This document shows, piece after piece, positions 1 through 8,947 of a stretch of DNA of 32,000 bases. The notes under the pieces are model-generated. The model made no database searches and had not been told where the DNA came from. It worked only from the letters and a program-made list of their open reading frames with translations. The translations under genes were made by a program, and so were the position numbers. Position 1 is the first letter of the stretch; each line of letters starts with the position of its first letter. This DNA comes from Sulfuricurvum sp. (GTDB lineage Bacteria; Campylobacterota; Campylobacteria; Campylobacterales; Sulfurimonadaceae): contig NZ_JASJOW010000003.1 in the NCBI RefSeq assembly GCF_031427015.1, positions 368,272 through 400,271 on the forward strand, given 5' to 3'.

Positions 1-312
1 CGGGTTGATCTTGCTAAGGTTCCTTATTTTCCCGAAGCGATTGAAATGGCCTCTATGGGAATTATCCCCGCAGGTTCGCATGCTAACCGTGATTACAATA
101 AACCGCATGTCTATTTAGCCTCGTCGATTGAATTTGAGCGGGAAATGATTTTGTTTGATGCACAGACATCGGGTGGGTTGTTAGTAAGCGTACCTCAGGA
201 ATTTGCACAACAAATGGTAGAAAAATGCATCGATTCAGGTTTAAATGCTGCTATTGTCGGTGATGTTGTAGCCTATGAGGGGTATGATATTGTAGTCACC
301 GATAGTAATTAA
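1..312 (+). CDS. selD: Selenide, water dikinase (selenophosphate synthetase) SelD, C-terminal fragment; the 5' end lies outside the window
   Basis: Frame 1 is open from base 1 (RVDLAKVPYFPEAIEMASMGIIPAG...) to TAA at 310-312. The C-terminal domain carries the FDAQTSGGLL signature typical of SelD. selA, selB and tRNA-Sec are in the same locus. Confidence 0.85.
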   Translation, partial: RVDLAKVPYFPEAIEMASMGIIPAGSHANRDYNKPHVYLASSIEFEREMILFDAQTSGGLLVSVPQEFAQQMVEKCIDSGLNAAIVGDVVAYEGYDIVVTDSN

Positions 313-331
313 GTCTACTGTAAAGATAAAA

Positions 332-352
332 AGGTTAAAATATTTTTAACTT
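332..352. promoter_or_regulatory. 21-bp AT-rich palindrome, copy 1 (AGGTTAAAA-TAT-TTTTAACTT), between the selD stop and the next operon
   Basis: Read directly. Its reverse complement is 20/21 identical to copy 3 at 10495-10515. It is followed by AATTTTT, so a weak terminator role is also possible. Confidence 0.5.
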
Positions 353-440
353 AATTTTTGGCGCTATAAGGTCTAAGGCTTAGACAAACAACAGCCGTCG
401 CTTTGATCATGCTGTTGTTCCTGCCTCTATCGGAGACGTT

Positions 441-1661
441 ATGGAACGACAAGACCTATTTTTAATGAACACGTATGTCGCAGAATATACGATACGTTCT
501 TCTTCCCTCACTCAGGCTTGGCTTTTGCGCCTTAATGCACTTCTTCCGACACTTCGGATGGGGGAACTCTTTAAAGTTACCGTTCTCCAGCGCTCCGTCT
601 CTTTTGAATTTGAAGGGTGGGTACAGGTCAATCGATGCTCTTTAGTAGCTACCGGTTCCGATCTTGAGGGCTTTTCGTATCTCGTGAGAAAAGATTTTGA
701 ATCGCATACCCTATCGGATGAACACGGGTTTGACGGTCGGAGCGAACCGACGCTTGATGTCGCGCCGAAACTTTTTGGTTTAATGCCCCGCGGTGCCCAT
801 ATCGAGAACTCTTCTCCTCTGTATCCTTTTGAACTGAGCGAAAAAGAGTTTCTTTGGGCGAAAAATGTCACGCGGCTTTATGAAGAAGCGAAGCAGAATC
901 AATGGAGTGCCGATACCGATATCGATTGGGCGGCGATTCCCGATCTTGATCCTGTGATTGAAACGGCGATATGTCAGGTGATGACCTATTTAGCGGAAAA
1001 TGAGTTCTCTGCTTTGTATATTCCCGGAAAAATTTTGTCCAAGATTTCCCCCTATTATATGGAATTGGTGATGTTTTTGGGAACGATCATTTATGATGAA
1101 GCGCGTCATATCGAAGCGTTTTCACGCCGTGCCAATGCAAAAAAAATAGGACTGCAATACTCGACGACCGCAACACAGCGTTCCCTCTACTCTCTTTTTA
1201 TCGAAAAAGACTATTTCAAAACCTCGTTTTTACTTCATGTATTGGGAGAGGGGACCTTTTTGGATCTGCTCGATTTTCTGATCAAATACGCACCCGATCC
1301 GGTCACGAAAAAAATTGTCACCCTTGCCAAAAAAGATGAACAGCGTCATGTCAATTACGGATTGGTACATGTCAAAGCACTTGTCCAAGCCAATCCTAAA
1401 AGAATAGCGTACCTGAAAGAGGCGGTAGATAGTCGAAAAGTGTATTTGGATGAGATGAATCAAGATAATGAACTTTTGCTCTCCTCTTTAGCTATTTTAG
1501 CGGGAGGAAGCGATGAAGAGGGGTATGCTCTCGGCTATGAGCGGGTGGAGCAACTTAAAAAAAGGATGGGAGAAAACCGAGTGCGCCGCATGATTGAATG
1601 CGGATTTGATGAAGAAACAGCCAAAGAGATATCCATGTCTCACACCGCGAATTTTATGTAA
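441..1661 (+). CDS. Ferritin-like diiron-carboxylate protein, AurF/CmlI-like oxygenase family, with an unassigned ~130-aa N-terminal extension
   Basis: 406-aa ORF with GGAG 6 nt upstream of the ATG. It has two E...ExxH half-sites (AENEF...YDEARHIEAF and LGEGTF...KKDEQRHVNYG) and a W-x4-DIDW element before the first helix. Family assignment is from motif memory, not a search. Confidence 0.6.
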   Translation: MERQDLFLMNTYVAEYTIRSSSLTQAWLLRLNALLPTLRMGELFKVTVLQRSVSFEFEGWVQVNRCSLVATGSDLEGFSYLVRKDFESHTLSDEHGFDGRSEPTLDVAPKLFGLMPRGAHIENSSPLYPFELSEKEFLWAKNVTRLYEEAKQNQWSADTDIDWAAIPDLDPVIETAICQVMTYLAENEFSALYIPGKILSKISPYYMELVMFLGTIIYDEARHIEAFSRRANAKKIGLQYSTTATQRSLYSLFIEKDYFKTSFLLHVLGEGTFLDLLDFLIKYAPDPVTKKIVTLAKKDEQRHVNYGLVHVKALVQANPKRIAYLKEAVDSRKVYLDEMNQDNELLLSSLAILAGGSDEEGYALGYERVEQLKKRMGENRVRRMIECGFDEETAKEISMSHTANFM

Positions 1662-1671
1662 GGACAAATGA

Positions 1672-2796
1672 ATGGGATTATTTGAAGAAGTGAGCACTTT
1701 TGCACAATGTCATGTCGCGCCGTATACGGTGCAAGCCGATAGAGAAGGTGTATTTCCGAAAGAAGCCTATGCGGCTCTTAAAAAAGAGGGGTATACGGGA
1801 TTGCTCGTCCCCAAGGAGTACGGCGGAGGCTCGGGGAGTATTGTCGATCACGTCGAAACATGTATGGCTCTGGGAAGTGTCTGTGCAACGACCGCACTGT
1901 GTTACATGATGCATAACGTTGCGACAATGTCCATTGTTGCTTTCGGAACATCGGAACAAAAAGAGTTTTATCTGCCGAAAATCGCTTCAGGTGAGTTGGC
2001 TTTGGCACTTGCTTTTAGTGAAACAGGGACGGGAACCCATTTTTACAATCCCGAAATTAAAGCGGTAAAAACGGAGAACGGATATCTTCTCAACGGTAAA
2101 AAAAGCTTTGTGACCTCGGCGCATCATGCCGATTATTATCTCGTTTTAGCCGCAAATCCCGAAGGAGAAGGACTGAGCGTTTTCGCAACTGCAAATAACA
2201 TGGCAGGGATGCGTCATGACGATAGTGCTTGGGACGGATTAGGGATGCGAGGAAATGCCAGTGTCCCTGTCTATTATGAGAATGTGCCCGTCTGCGACGA
2301 TCATCTCATAGGGGCTCACGGAGACGGAGTCGGAATCGTCTTTAATGTGGTTGCTCCGTTCTTTATTCTGGGGCTTGCATCGGTCTATGCGGGATTGTCG
2401 CTTGCGGCAAGTGCATGCGTAATCGATCATGCGGCGTCACGTGCGTATACGGACGGCTCGACCCTCTCACAAATCGAAACCGTACAGCTGCATATTGCTT
2501 CTATATTCTCTTCGGCCAGTGCTTCCAAAGCGTTAACGCTCAATGCGGCACAAGCCGCGCTGGAAGGACGAAGCGATGCTCTGGCGTTGATTATATCGGC
2601 TCGATTGGAAGCGAGTACCAATGCGGTGGACGTATGCAGCCGTGCAATGAAAATCGGAGGAGGGCACGCATACAGCAAACGGCTTCCGCTTGAGCGCTAT
2701 TTGAGAGATGCGTATGCCGCTGCAATCATGGCTCCCTCAACCGATGTCCTCAGCGTATGGCTCGGTAAAGCGTTAACCGGACAACAAATACCCTAA
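1672..2796 (+). CDS. Acyl-CoA dehydrogenase-fold flavoprotein
   Basis: 374-aa ORF starting 10 nt after the previous stop. ACAD-like layout: an N-terminal helical region (FPKEAYAALKKEGYTGLLVPKEYGG), a middle beta-domain (ALAFSETGTGTH...NGKKSFVTSA), and a C-terminal helical domain ending in ...RYLRDAYAAAIM. Confidence 0.75.
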   Translation: MGLFEEVSTFAQCHVAPYTVQADREGVFPKEAYAALKKEGYTGLLVPKEYGGGSGSIVDHVETCMALGSVCATTALCYMMHNVATMSIVAFGTSEQKEFYLPKIASGELALALAFSETGTGTHFYNPEIKAVKTENGYLLNGKKSFVTSAHHADYYLVLAANPEGEGLSVFATANNMAGMRHDDSAWDGLGMRGNASVPVYYENVPVCDDHLIGAHGDGVGIVFNVVAPFFILGLASVYAGLSLAASACVIDHAASRAYTDGSTLSQIETVQLHIASIFSSASASKALTLNAAQAALEGRSDALALIISARLEASTNAVDVCSRAMKIGGGHAYSKRLPLERYLRDAYAAAIMAPSTDVLSVWLGKALTGQQIP

Positions 2797-2811
2797 ATAA
2801 AAGGAATTAAC

Positions 2812-3618
2812 ATGGCATCATTAATGGTAGGTGTGGTCGCGTATGACCCGAAAGTAGTCCTCATTTGGGAGATCATCCGTGATTATGCCAAAGAGAAAAA
2901 GTTTGATCTCGATTATGTATTGTTTTCCAATTATGAGACACAGGTACAGGCGCTATTGGATAAAAAAGTGGACTTGGCATGGAATACGAATGTCGCGTGG
3001 CTTCGGACGAAAAAACGTGCTCCGTTTGCGGAAGCACTCTTGATGCGCGATAGCGATGTCAATTTTACCTCGATGTTTATCGCCCATGAAGATTCCAATA
3101 TCCAAACATTGGAAGATTTGAAAAATAAACGGGTCTGTTTCGGCAGTGGTGACTCGGCACAGGCGTTTATCCTTCCCGCGTATTATTTAAAAGAGCAAGG
3201 GTTAGAGCCTAATCGCGATTATACGATGAATCGTGTGGACAGTGATTTAGGGAAACACGGCGATACCGGACGAAGCGAATACGATATTTTGGAAAAACTC
3301 AAAAATAACGAATATGACGCTATTGCCCTTGCCACATCGACATGGATGCGGATGATCGAACTGGGACTGAGCGGTTCGTCGCTCAGACCGTTTTACAAAA
3401 GTCGAGGGTATTCGCATTGCAATTTCACCAACATTACCCCTAACGTATCTTATGTCAATGAATTTGTCGAATTTATGCTGGGGATGGATACTCAGCGTAG
3501 CGATATCACCAAAATGATGGAGATGGAAGCTTTGTCCAAATGGGTGAAAACGGGAGAGTATGAACTGCGTGGCTATGATGAGCTTGAAAACGCAATGGAG
3601 TGGTTGAATCTATTTTAA
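2812..3618 (+). CDS. PhnD/SsuA-type (phosphonate-binding-like) substrate-binding-fold protein with no signal peptide
   Basis: 268-aa ORF starting 15 nt after the ACAD stop, with AGGA upstream. The N-terminus MASLMVGVVAYDPKVV... runs straight into the first beta-strand with no hydrophobic leader. The general PBP type 2 pattern is present (DLAWNTNVAW, GSGDSAQAF). Confidence 0.55.
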   Translation: MASLMVGVVAYDPKVVLIWEIIRDYAKEKKFDLDYVLFSNYETQVQALLDKKVDLAWNTNVAWLRTKKRAPFAEALLMRDSDVNFTSMFIAHEDSNIQTLEDLKNKRVCFGSGDSAQAFILPAYYLKEQGLEPNRDYTMNRVDSDLGKHGDTGRSEYDILEKLKNNEYDAIALATSTWMRMIELGLSGSSLRPFYKSRGYSHCNFTNITPNVSYVNEFVEFMLGMDTQRSDITKMMEMEALSKWVKTGEYELRGYDELENAMEWLNLF

Positions 3619-4283
3619 GATGCAACCCCACTTTTTTCGCTGTTTGATGAAGTATTTACACGGTAAATTTTATTTTTGAGCTTGGTGACAATACCGACCT
3701 CAATCAACTGTCTAAACGTTGAAACAACGGTCGGTTTGCTGACGTTGAGTGCGAGCATGATATCTTCATAAGAACCGTAAAAGACACTTTCCTCATCAAC
3801 ATGTTCGAAAAGATAGCGGATAATCTCTATTTTTTTCCCTCCGACAAATGTACTGATCCCCTCAAGCATACGGTCTTTGATCCACAGTTCATCCTCTTTA
3901 GCTTTTAGGGCTATTGATTTATCAATCAATTCGAGCATTTCATCTGCCATGATCGGTTTAAGTAAGTAGCCGTCCACGCGTAATTTAATGGCATCAAGAA
4001 GATAGTTCGTTTCTGAATGAGCTGTTGTGATAATGATGGTTGAGAGAGAAATATTTCGTTTTTTTATTTCGGAGATGAATGCTATACCATTCATGTTCGG
4101 CATTAAAATATCGGTAATAACAATATCGATTTTGTGTTTAGAAAGCTGCTCAAGTGCGGTAATTCCATCGGTTGCCGTATAGACTTTGGCGGCAAAGTCT
4201 TCTAAAATAAATGACATTTGATTTAAAATAGGTACTTCATCGTCCACGATCAGGATGTTGTATTTATTAAGTGAATGGTTCAT
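3615..4283 (-). CDS. Response regulator: receiver domain plus a C-terminal winged-helix DNA-binding domain
   Basis: ILIVDDE..., DIVITDILMPNMNG (phospho-acceptor Asp region) and DGYLLKP. The C-terminus NVSKPTVVSTFRQLIEVGIVTK is HTH-like. Its start overlaps the kinase stop (ATGA). Confidence 0.85.
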   Translation of the reverse strand: MNHSLNKYNILIVDDEVPILNQMSFILEDFAAKVYTATDGITALEQLSKHKIDIVITDILMPNMNGIAFISEIKKRNISLSTIIITTAHSETNYLLDAIKLRVDGYLLKPIMADEMLELIDKSIALKAKEDELWIKDRMLEGISTFVGGKKIEIIRYLFEHVDEESVFYGSYEDIMLALNVSKPTVVSTFRQLIEVGIVTKLKNKIYRVNTSSNSEKSGVAS

Positions 4284-5887
4284 GTTTTACTCTCAATTTC
4301 GTATAGCGGTATAGTGATTTTAAAAGAAGCACAATTATAATAGGTTTCATTAAAAAGCAATCTGATATTTCGTGCACTAATCATTCCCTCGAATTGGTCG
4401 GCTATGATTTTTTGAGTCATATACAATCCTATACCCGTCCCGCTGGATTGATGTTTCGTCGTAAAATAGGGTTCAAATATTCTTTTAAGTACGGAGGGTG
4501 GAATACCCCCTCCATTATCGATAATACGGATGATTAGGAGTGACTTTTCCGGTTTGTGAGTGATGTGAATTCGTATAACTTTGAGTTTGTCGGGTGAGAT
4601 TAGTAATGCGTCTTTTGCATTATTGAGTAGATTGATAATGATTTGGGTGAAATCGTTCGGATAGCCTGAAATCATGATCTCCGCTTTGGTATTGAATTCA
4701 ACATTTATATTCGCATGATGCAATATTCCCTCAATCAAACTAACTGCATGGCGAATTGTCTCGAGGAGAGGAAAAATGGTTTTGGCTTTATTCGGCTTAA
4801 AGTAGTTTTGGAAACTCTCTATTGTGTCGGACATAGTGTTGGCGATGCGGAGCCCTTCGGTGACTTGAGAGTCGATAAACTCCGGCGTCAATTTATTACT
4901 GCGGCTTTTGAGTCGGAACGTTTGTATCAGTATGGTTAGTGCGTTAAGCGGCTGTCGCCACTGATGGGCAATATTGGAAATCATCTCTCCCATTGAGGCT
5001 AGTTTAGCTTGCTGATGAAGCATCTCGTCTTTTAGACGGCTTTGGCGAATCTCATGAACGATACGAAGTTCAAGGGAAGTGTTCAGATCAATAAGTTCTT
5101 TGGTTTTCTCGCGTACCCGCTCTTCCAGTGATTGGTGCAATGTTTTTATATGTTCTAATATGAAATAGGCTAAAAAGACTGAAATTCCTAGGACTACAAA
5201 TATCATAACGAATATAACCCACGAAGTAGCACCAAACAGCCGATCTGTTTTTTCTTTTTCATAAAGTGAGCGTTGCAAATGAAAGGCCGTGAGCTGTTCT
5301 AAATAAATATTCGTTGTGTCCAGAGTCGGGTAGAGGTCACTTTTTATAAGTGCATCGGCTTGTGGACGTTGGTTGTTTTTATAAAGAATCGTTATCGTAT
5401 CGATTGTTGTAAAAAGACGGTGAATATTGAGATCCGCTTTCGTATAGATTTCGTCTTCATCGATCATAATGGTATTGGGAATAGGAGAAAGAAACGTTGA
5501 AAGAATCGTTTCATCCATCGTATCAAAAAAATTGGTTTGTAGGTCGTGTCGTGATAAAGAGTATTCATTCCAACGCAAATCGAGATTTTTTTTGAGGATA
5601 TTAAGAACTTCATAGGTTTTCTCGACATCGGTGTGGTTATCGATAATATCTCGGTAGGTATTGAGGATGTTGAGGGTATGAACATCTTTGATCGTTTGGA
5701 GGCGCGCGATTGAGAGAGTGCGCAGATGAAAGGAATTATCGAAGCTATTTTTCATTCCATACAGGGTCAATGTAGCAATGAATCCGATGATCAAAATTCC
5801 CAATGCGGTAACAGCGATCAATATTCGAGTCTTCATCCCTAATGAAAGTTGATAAAAGACATTCAAAAAACGACACTGTTTACTCAT
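4280..5887 (-). CDS. Sensor histidine kinase with a ~180-aa periplasmic domain between two TM helices
   Basis: H-box SNIAHQWRQPLNAL, N-box NLLNNAKDA, G-boxes DNGGGI and GTGIGL. TM segments are ILIAVTALGILIIGFIATL and WVIFVMIFVVLGISVFLAYFIL. The ORF track starts at 5896 (GTG), but the ATG at 5887 has better spacing to GGAGG (5900-5896). Confidence 0.85.
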   Translation of the reverse strand: MSKQCRFLNVFYQLSLGMKTRILIAVTALGILIIGFIATLTLYGMKNSFDNSFHLRTLSIARLQTIKDVHTLNILNTYRDIIDNHTDVEKTYEVLNILKKNLDLRWNEYSLSRHDLQTNFFDTMDETILSTFLSPIPNTIMIDEDEIYTKADLNIHRLFTTIDTITILYKNNQRPQADALIKSDLYPTLDTTNIYLEQLTAFHLQRSLYEKEKTDRLFGATSWVIFVMIFVVLGISVFLAYFILEHIKTLHQSLEERVREKTKELIDLNTSLELRIVHEIRQSRLKDEMLHQQAKLASMGEMISNIAHQWRQPLNALTILIQTFRLKSRSNKLTPEFIDSQVTEGLRIANTMSDTIESFQNYFKPNKAKTIFPLLETIRHAVSLIEGILHHANINVEFNTKAEIMISGYPNDFTQIIINLLNNAKDALLISPDKLKVIRIHITHKPEKSLLIIRIIDNGGGIPPSVLKRIFEPYFTTKHQSSGTGIGLYMTQKIIADQFEGMISARNIRLLFNETYYNCASFKITIPLYEIESKT

Positions 5888-7040
5888 CGACATCACCTCC
5901 GGTTTCGGAGTTTAACGGTAAAAGGTAGACATTTTGCAGTCCGCGATGGTATGTCTTGCTATAACGGACCATTTGTCGATCAACAAGAGAAAATTCAAGT
6001 TTAGAGAGGGAATGTTCAAATGAAGAACGCGACAGCGTTGAGGAATTACTTAGTGCTTTAAGGATGATTTGTGATGCTAGATATCCCTCAAATGCTATGG
6101 AAGTCGGCTCTTTAGAGGGATAATAGTGCTTATAAAGACGTTTGAAAAGGGCAATTTCAGGGAGATTTTTACTTAATGGAGGGACGGTTTGGGTCATGTA
6201 CATCGGTACATTCTTTAAATTTTCCGACAGCAGTGCTTTGCGAAGAGGCTCATAGCCGACAAAAGAGAAGGTATAAAAGGTGAGATTTGGATTAAACTGT
6301 GCTGTTTTACGGATAAACTCGACGGTCGGTTTTAATGCTCCACCGATGATAACAGTTTCAGGGTGTGCTTTGGTAATCTCATTAAACGCATAATGAATAG
6401 AGAGAGTATTACGATTATAAACACCTTCGGCAACTATTTTAATAGGTGTTGAGCGTACCGCTTGTTGGAGGGCGTATAACGATGCGAGTCCATAGCTATC
6501 ATTTTGGTAGAAGATGGCAATTTTATGGATATTCTTTTTTTGCATATGTTTAACCATTCGGCGTGCTTCATCGGCGTAGCTCGGGCGAAGAGTAAAGAGA
6601 TGTTTATAGGGGTAGTTATATAAAAACTCGGCGCCGCTGAGGGGCATTAAAAAAGGGATTTGCGTTCTGGCAGTGATTTTTAGTGCCTCTTCGGACGTAG
6701 GTGTTCCGACAACACCTAAAATACCGAATAAATCCGAATCAAGCATTAACGATGTGATATTTTTACTCGTGATGAAAGGTTCGTACTGATCATCCAGTAC
6801 ACGCAGTTTGACGTGGCGATTTTGTATTCCGCCGGCATCGTTAGCCGCTTTAAATCCGCACACTATTCCATTCGTATAATCGATACCGTTTTCTTGCAAT
6901 GGACCCGAAAGTGCGGCACTACAGCCAAATACGATATCTTTTTTGTTTTCGCGTTCAAAAGAAAATAGAAAATAGATAATAATGAGCGTGATGGCAAACA
7001 AGATGAGAGAGATAGGATTAACGTTTTTTGGCATCATCAC
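5880..7040 (-). CDS. Membrane-anchored or secreted type 1 periplasmic binding protein (LivK / receptor-family ligand-binding fold)
   Basis: 386-aa ORF with N-terminal hydrophobic helix ISLILFAITLIIIYFLF. The body is typical of Leu/Ile/Val-type binding proteins (VFGCSAALSGPL..., LDDQYEP, VVGTPTSE). The 3' end overlaps the kinase start. Confidence 0.7.
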   Translation of the reverse strand: MMMPKNVNPISLILFAITLIIIYFLFSFERENKKDIVFGCSAALSGPLQENGIDYTNGIVCGFKAANDAGGIQNRHVKLRVLDDQYEPFITSKNITSLMLDSDLFGILGVVGTPTSEEALKITARTQIPFLMPLSGAEFLYNYPYKHLFTLRPSYADEARRMVKHMQKKNIHKIAIFYQNDSYGLASLYALQQAVRSTPIKIVAEGVYNRNTLSIHYAFNEITKAHPETVIIGGALKPTVEFIRKTAQFNPNLTFYTFSFVGYEPLRKALLSENLKNVPMYMTQTVPPLSKNLPEIALFKRLYKHYYPSKEPTSIAFEGYLASQIILKALSNSSTLSRSSFEHSLSKLEFSLVDRQMVRYSKTYHRGLQNVYLLPLNSETGGDVDE

Positions 7041-7056
7041 ACTTTAGGAATAAAAA

Positions 7057-7074
7057 TAAAAAAATAGTTTACTT
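7057..7074 (+). repeat. 18-mer TAAAAAAATAGTTTACTT, copy 1 (between the selB stop and the binding-protein gene start)
   Basis: Identical to 10607-10624 by direct reading. It is followed immediately by TATAAT (7075-7080). Confidence 0.6.
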
Positions 7075-7114
7075 TATAATCGATAAATTTGGTTTAAAAT
7101 AGGACAGTTTTCCA

Positions 7115-8947
7115 TCATGCTGCCTTCAAAGATCGGCGAGTACCCTCGCACTGTATGTCTTCAAATCGATCAAGATACTCGAGATAGGCTATCAAATACT
7201 TTCGGCTTAGCCCTGTTTGCGTTTTAGCCAGCTCAATATCGACATATCCATATTCGCTAATCACTCCGCGCAGATACTGCATGGTGTGGGATAGGTGAGG
7301 TGCGCTGATAAAAAGGTTGTGTGCCAGTCGGATCACTTTTCCGGCACTGCAGAGCCGTTTCATCGTGTCATCTCCGTGAATACGATCAAGATCGAGACTC
7401 TCATAGATCACATACGGTGCATGAGGCGTCCACCCTTGTGTCTCTAAAATACCATAGAGAGACTCTTCCATGTACTGCGGCATATCCTCAATATCACAAT
7501 GGACACTTCGGTATAACCCTTCACTGAAGATAAGCTCGTCATTCGATTCGAGCTGAGTAAGGAGTTCCTGACAAAGATTGGCAGATGCCCACGTAAACCG
7601 TAAATGAAGTGAGTTTTTAGAGAGGAGGGCACGTCTATTTTTTCTATAAATCGCTCGAACATACTCTTTAAGCATCTCTAACGTGCTAGAGGGGTAAAGT
7701 ACTTTTTCATCATGATCGAGGTATGAATCGGCAACCCCCATAGCTATTTCAAGCGCAGAGGCATGATCCATCCCGAAGCGCTGATAGGCTCCGATCAAAC
7801 CGAAACCTTTCTTATGAATCTCCATCAGCATGGCAAACGCTTCGGAGAGTTTTTTCTGCTGTAGTAAAAGAAGAAATTCATTTTTTTGTTTTCGTTTCAT
7901 AGGATCGGCTATGGGATTAAGAACTTCCCCTCCGCCGAGCGTCCCTTGCGCATCACGCAGAATAAATTTTTCACGATACATGGCGTAAATCGGAGTCGTA
8001 CTTTCAAAAATGGCAATAGCGTAAGAGTCATGTTCGGAGATAATTTTTAACACGACGCTGTGGCGGGCTGAACCTATGTAGAGGGTCGCTTCACTTTGAT
8101 GTTTCAGGCTTATCCCTTTGAGGGGAGTGATCATGACATCAATCTGCATGAAACCGCGGAGAAAATTAGGGGTACAGAGGATATCTCCCCGTTTAAGATC
8201 ATGCGATTTGACTCCGGAGAGGTTAAGGGCTATACGCTCATTCGGAAGGGCTGTGGGGACATGGTGTAATCCCGAATGGATCGTTCTGACAATCGCTGAA
8301 GTTTTGAGTCGCGGGATCGTGATTTTATCTTTGGTTTTTAACGACCCGCCTAAAACGGTTCCGGTGACAATAGTGCCATAACCGTCTTTGGAAAAACTAC
8401 GATCTATATAGTAACGAAAATAAGGCTCTTGCGGACGTTGCGGTAAATCATACGTGAAGAGTTTATATTTGAGCTGTTCGTAGGATGAGGGATCATGTCG
8501 TCCTACATGGGCAGAAAACAGGCTCTCCAAACCGATATTTTCGATGAGGTTTAAAATATCTTGTTCGACGATTGCCGCAACGCGGGATTCTACCAGATCA
8601 CATTTGGTTAGAACCAAAATAACACTTTTAACGCCGGCGAGATGAGCCAGTTCGAGATGCTCAATACTTTGTTTACAAATCCCTTCATTAGCCGCGACAA
8701 TCAGTAGAAGAACGTCGAAACCGAAAACCCCTGCCAAATAGTGTTTGACAAATTTTTCATGTCCGGGAACATCGACTAAAAAGATCCGTTTCTCCTCTTG
8801 ATCCATCAAGGTAAAGCTGAGATCCATCGTCAAACCGCGCCGTTTTTCTTCGCGGGTCTGATCTCCGTCAAAACCGTTGAGAGCACGAATAAGGGATGTT
8901 TTTCCATGATCGACATGTCCGGCGAGACCGACTATAGTGGTTTTCAT
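7115..8947 (-). CDS. selB: Selenocysteine-specific translation elongation factor SelB
   Basis: 610 aa. GTPase motifs are GHVDHGKT, DVPGHEKF and TKCD, followed by a long C-terminal winged-helix extension. The start overlaps the selA stop. Confidence 0.9.
   Translation of the reverse strand: MKTTIVGLAGHVDHGKTSLIRALNGFDGDQTREEKRRGLTMDLSFTLMDQEEKRIFLVDVPGHEKFVKHYLAGVFGFDVLLLIVAANEGICKQSIEHLELAHLAGVKSVILVLTKCDLVESRVAAIVEQDILNLIENIGLESLFSAHVGRHDPSSYEQLKYKLFTYDLPQRPQEPYFRYYIDRSFSKDGYGTIVTGTVLGGSLKTKDKITIPRLKTSAIVRTIHSGLHHVPTALPNERIALNLSGVKSHDLKRGDILCTPNFLRGFMQIDVMITPLKGISLKHQSEATLYIGSARHSVVLKIISEHDSYAIAIFESTTPIYAMYREKFILRDAQGTLGGGEVLNPIADPMKRKQKNEFLLLLQQKKLSEAFAMLMEIHKKGFGLIGAYQRFGMDHASALEIAMGVADSYLDHDEKVLYPSSTLEMLKEYVRAIYRKNRRALLSKNSLHLRFTWASANLCQELLTQLESNDELIFSEGLYRSVHCDIEDMPQYMEESLYGILETQGWTPHAPYVIYESLDLDRIHGDDTMKRLCSAGKVIRLAHNLFISAPHLSHTMQYLRGVISEYGYVDIELAKTQTGLSRKYLIAYLEYLDRFEDIQCEGTRRSLKAA

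Noticed and set aside
332-352. Reading the three 21-bp palindromes purely as intrinsic terminators.
   Set aside because: Only partly rejected. Copies 1 and 3 do follow selD and tRNA-Sec, but the stems are almost pure A/U, copy 3 lacks a clean U-tract, and copy 2 has no upstream transcript to terminate. An operator role is kept as the main hypothesis with the terminator as the alternative.
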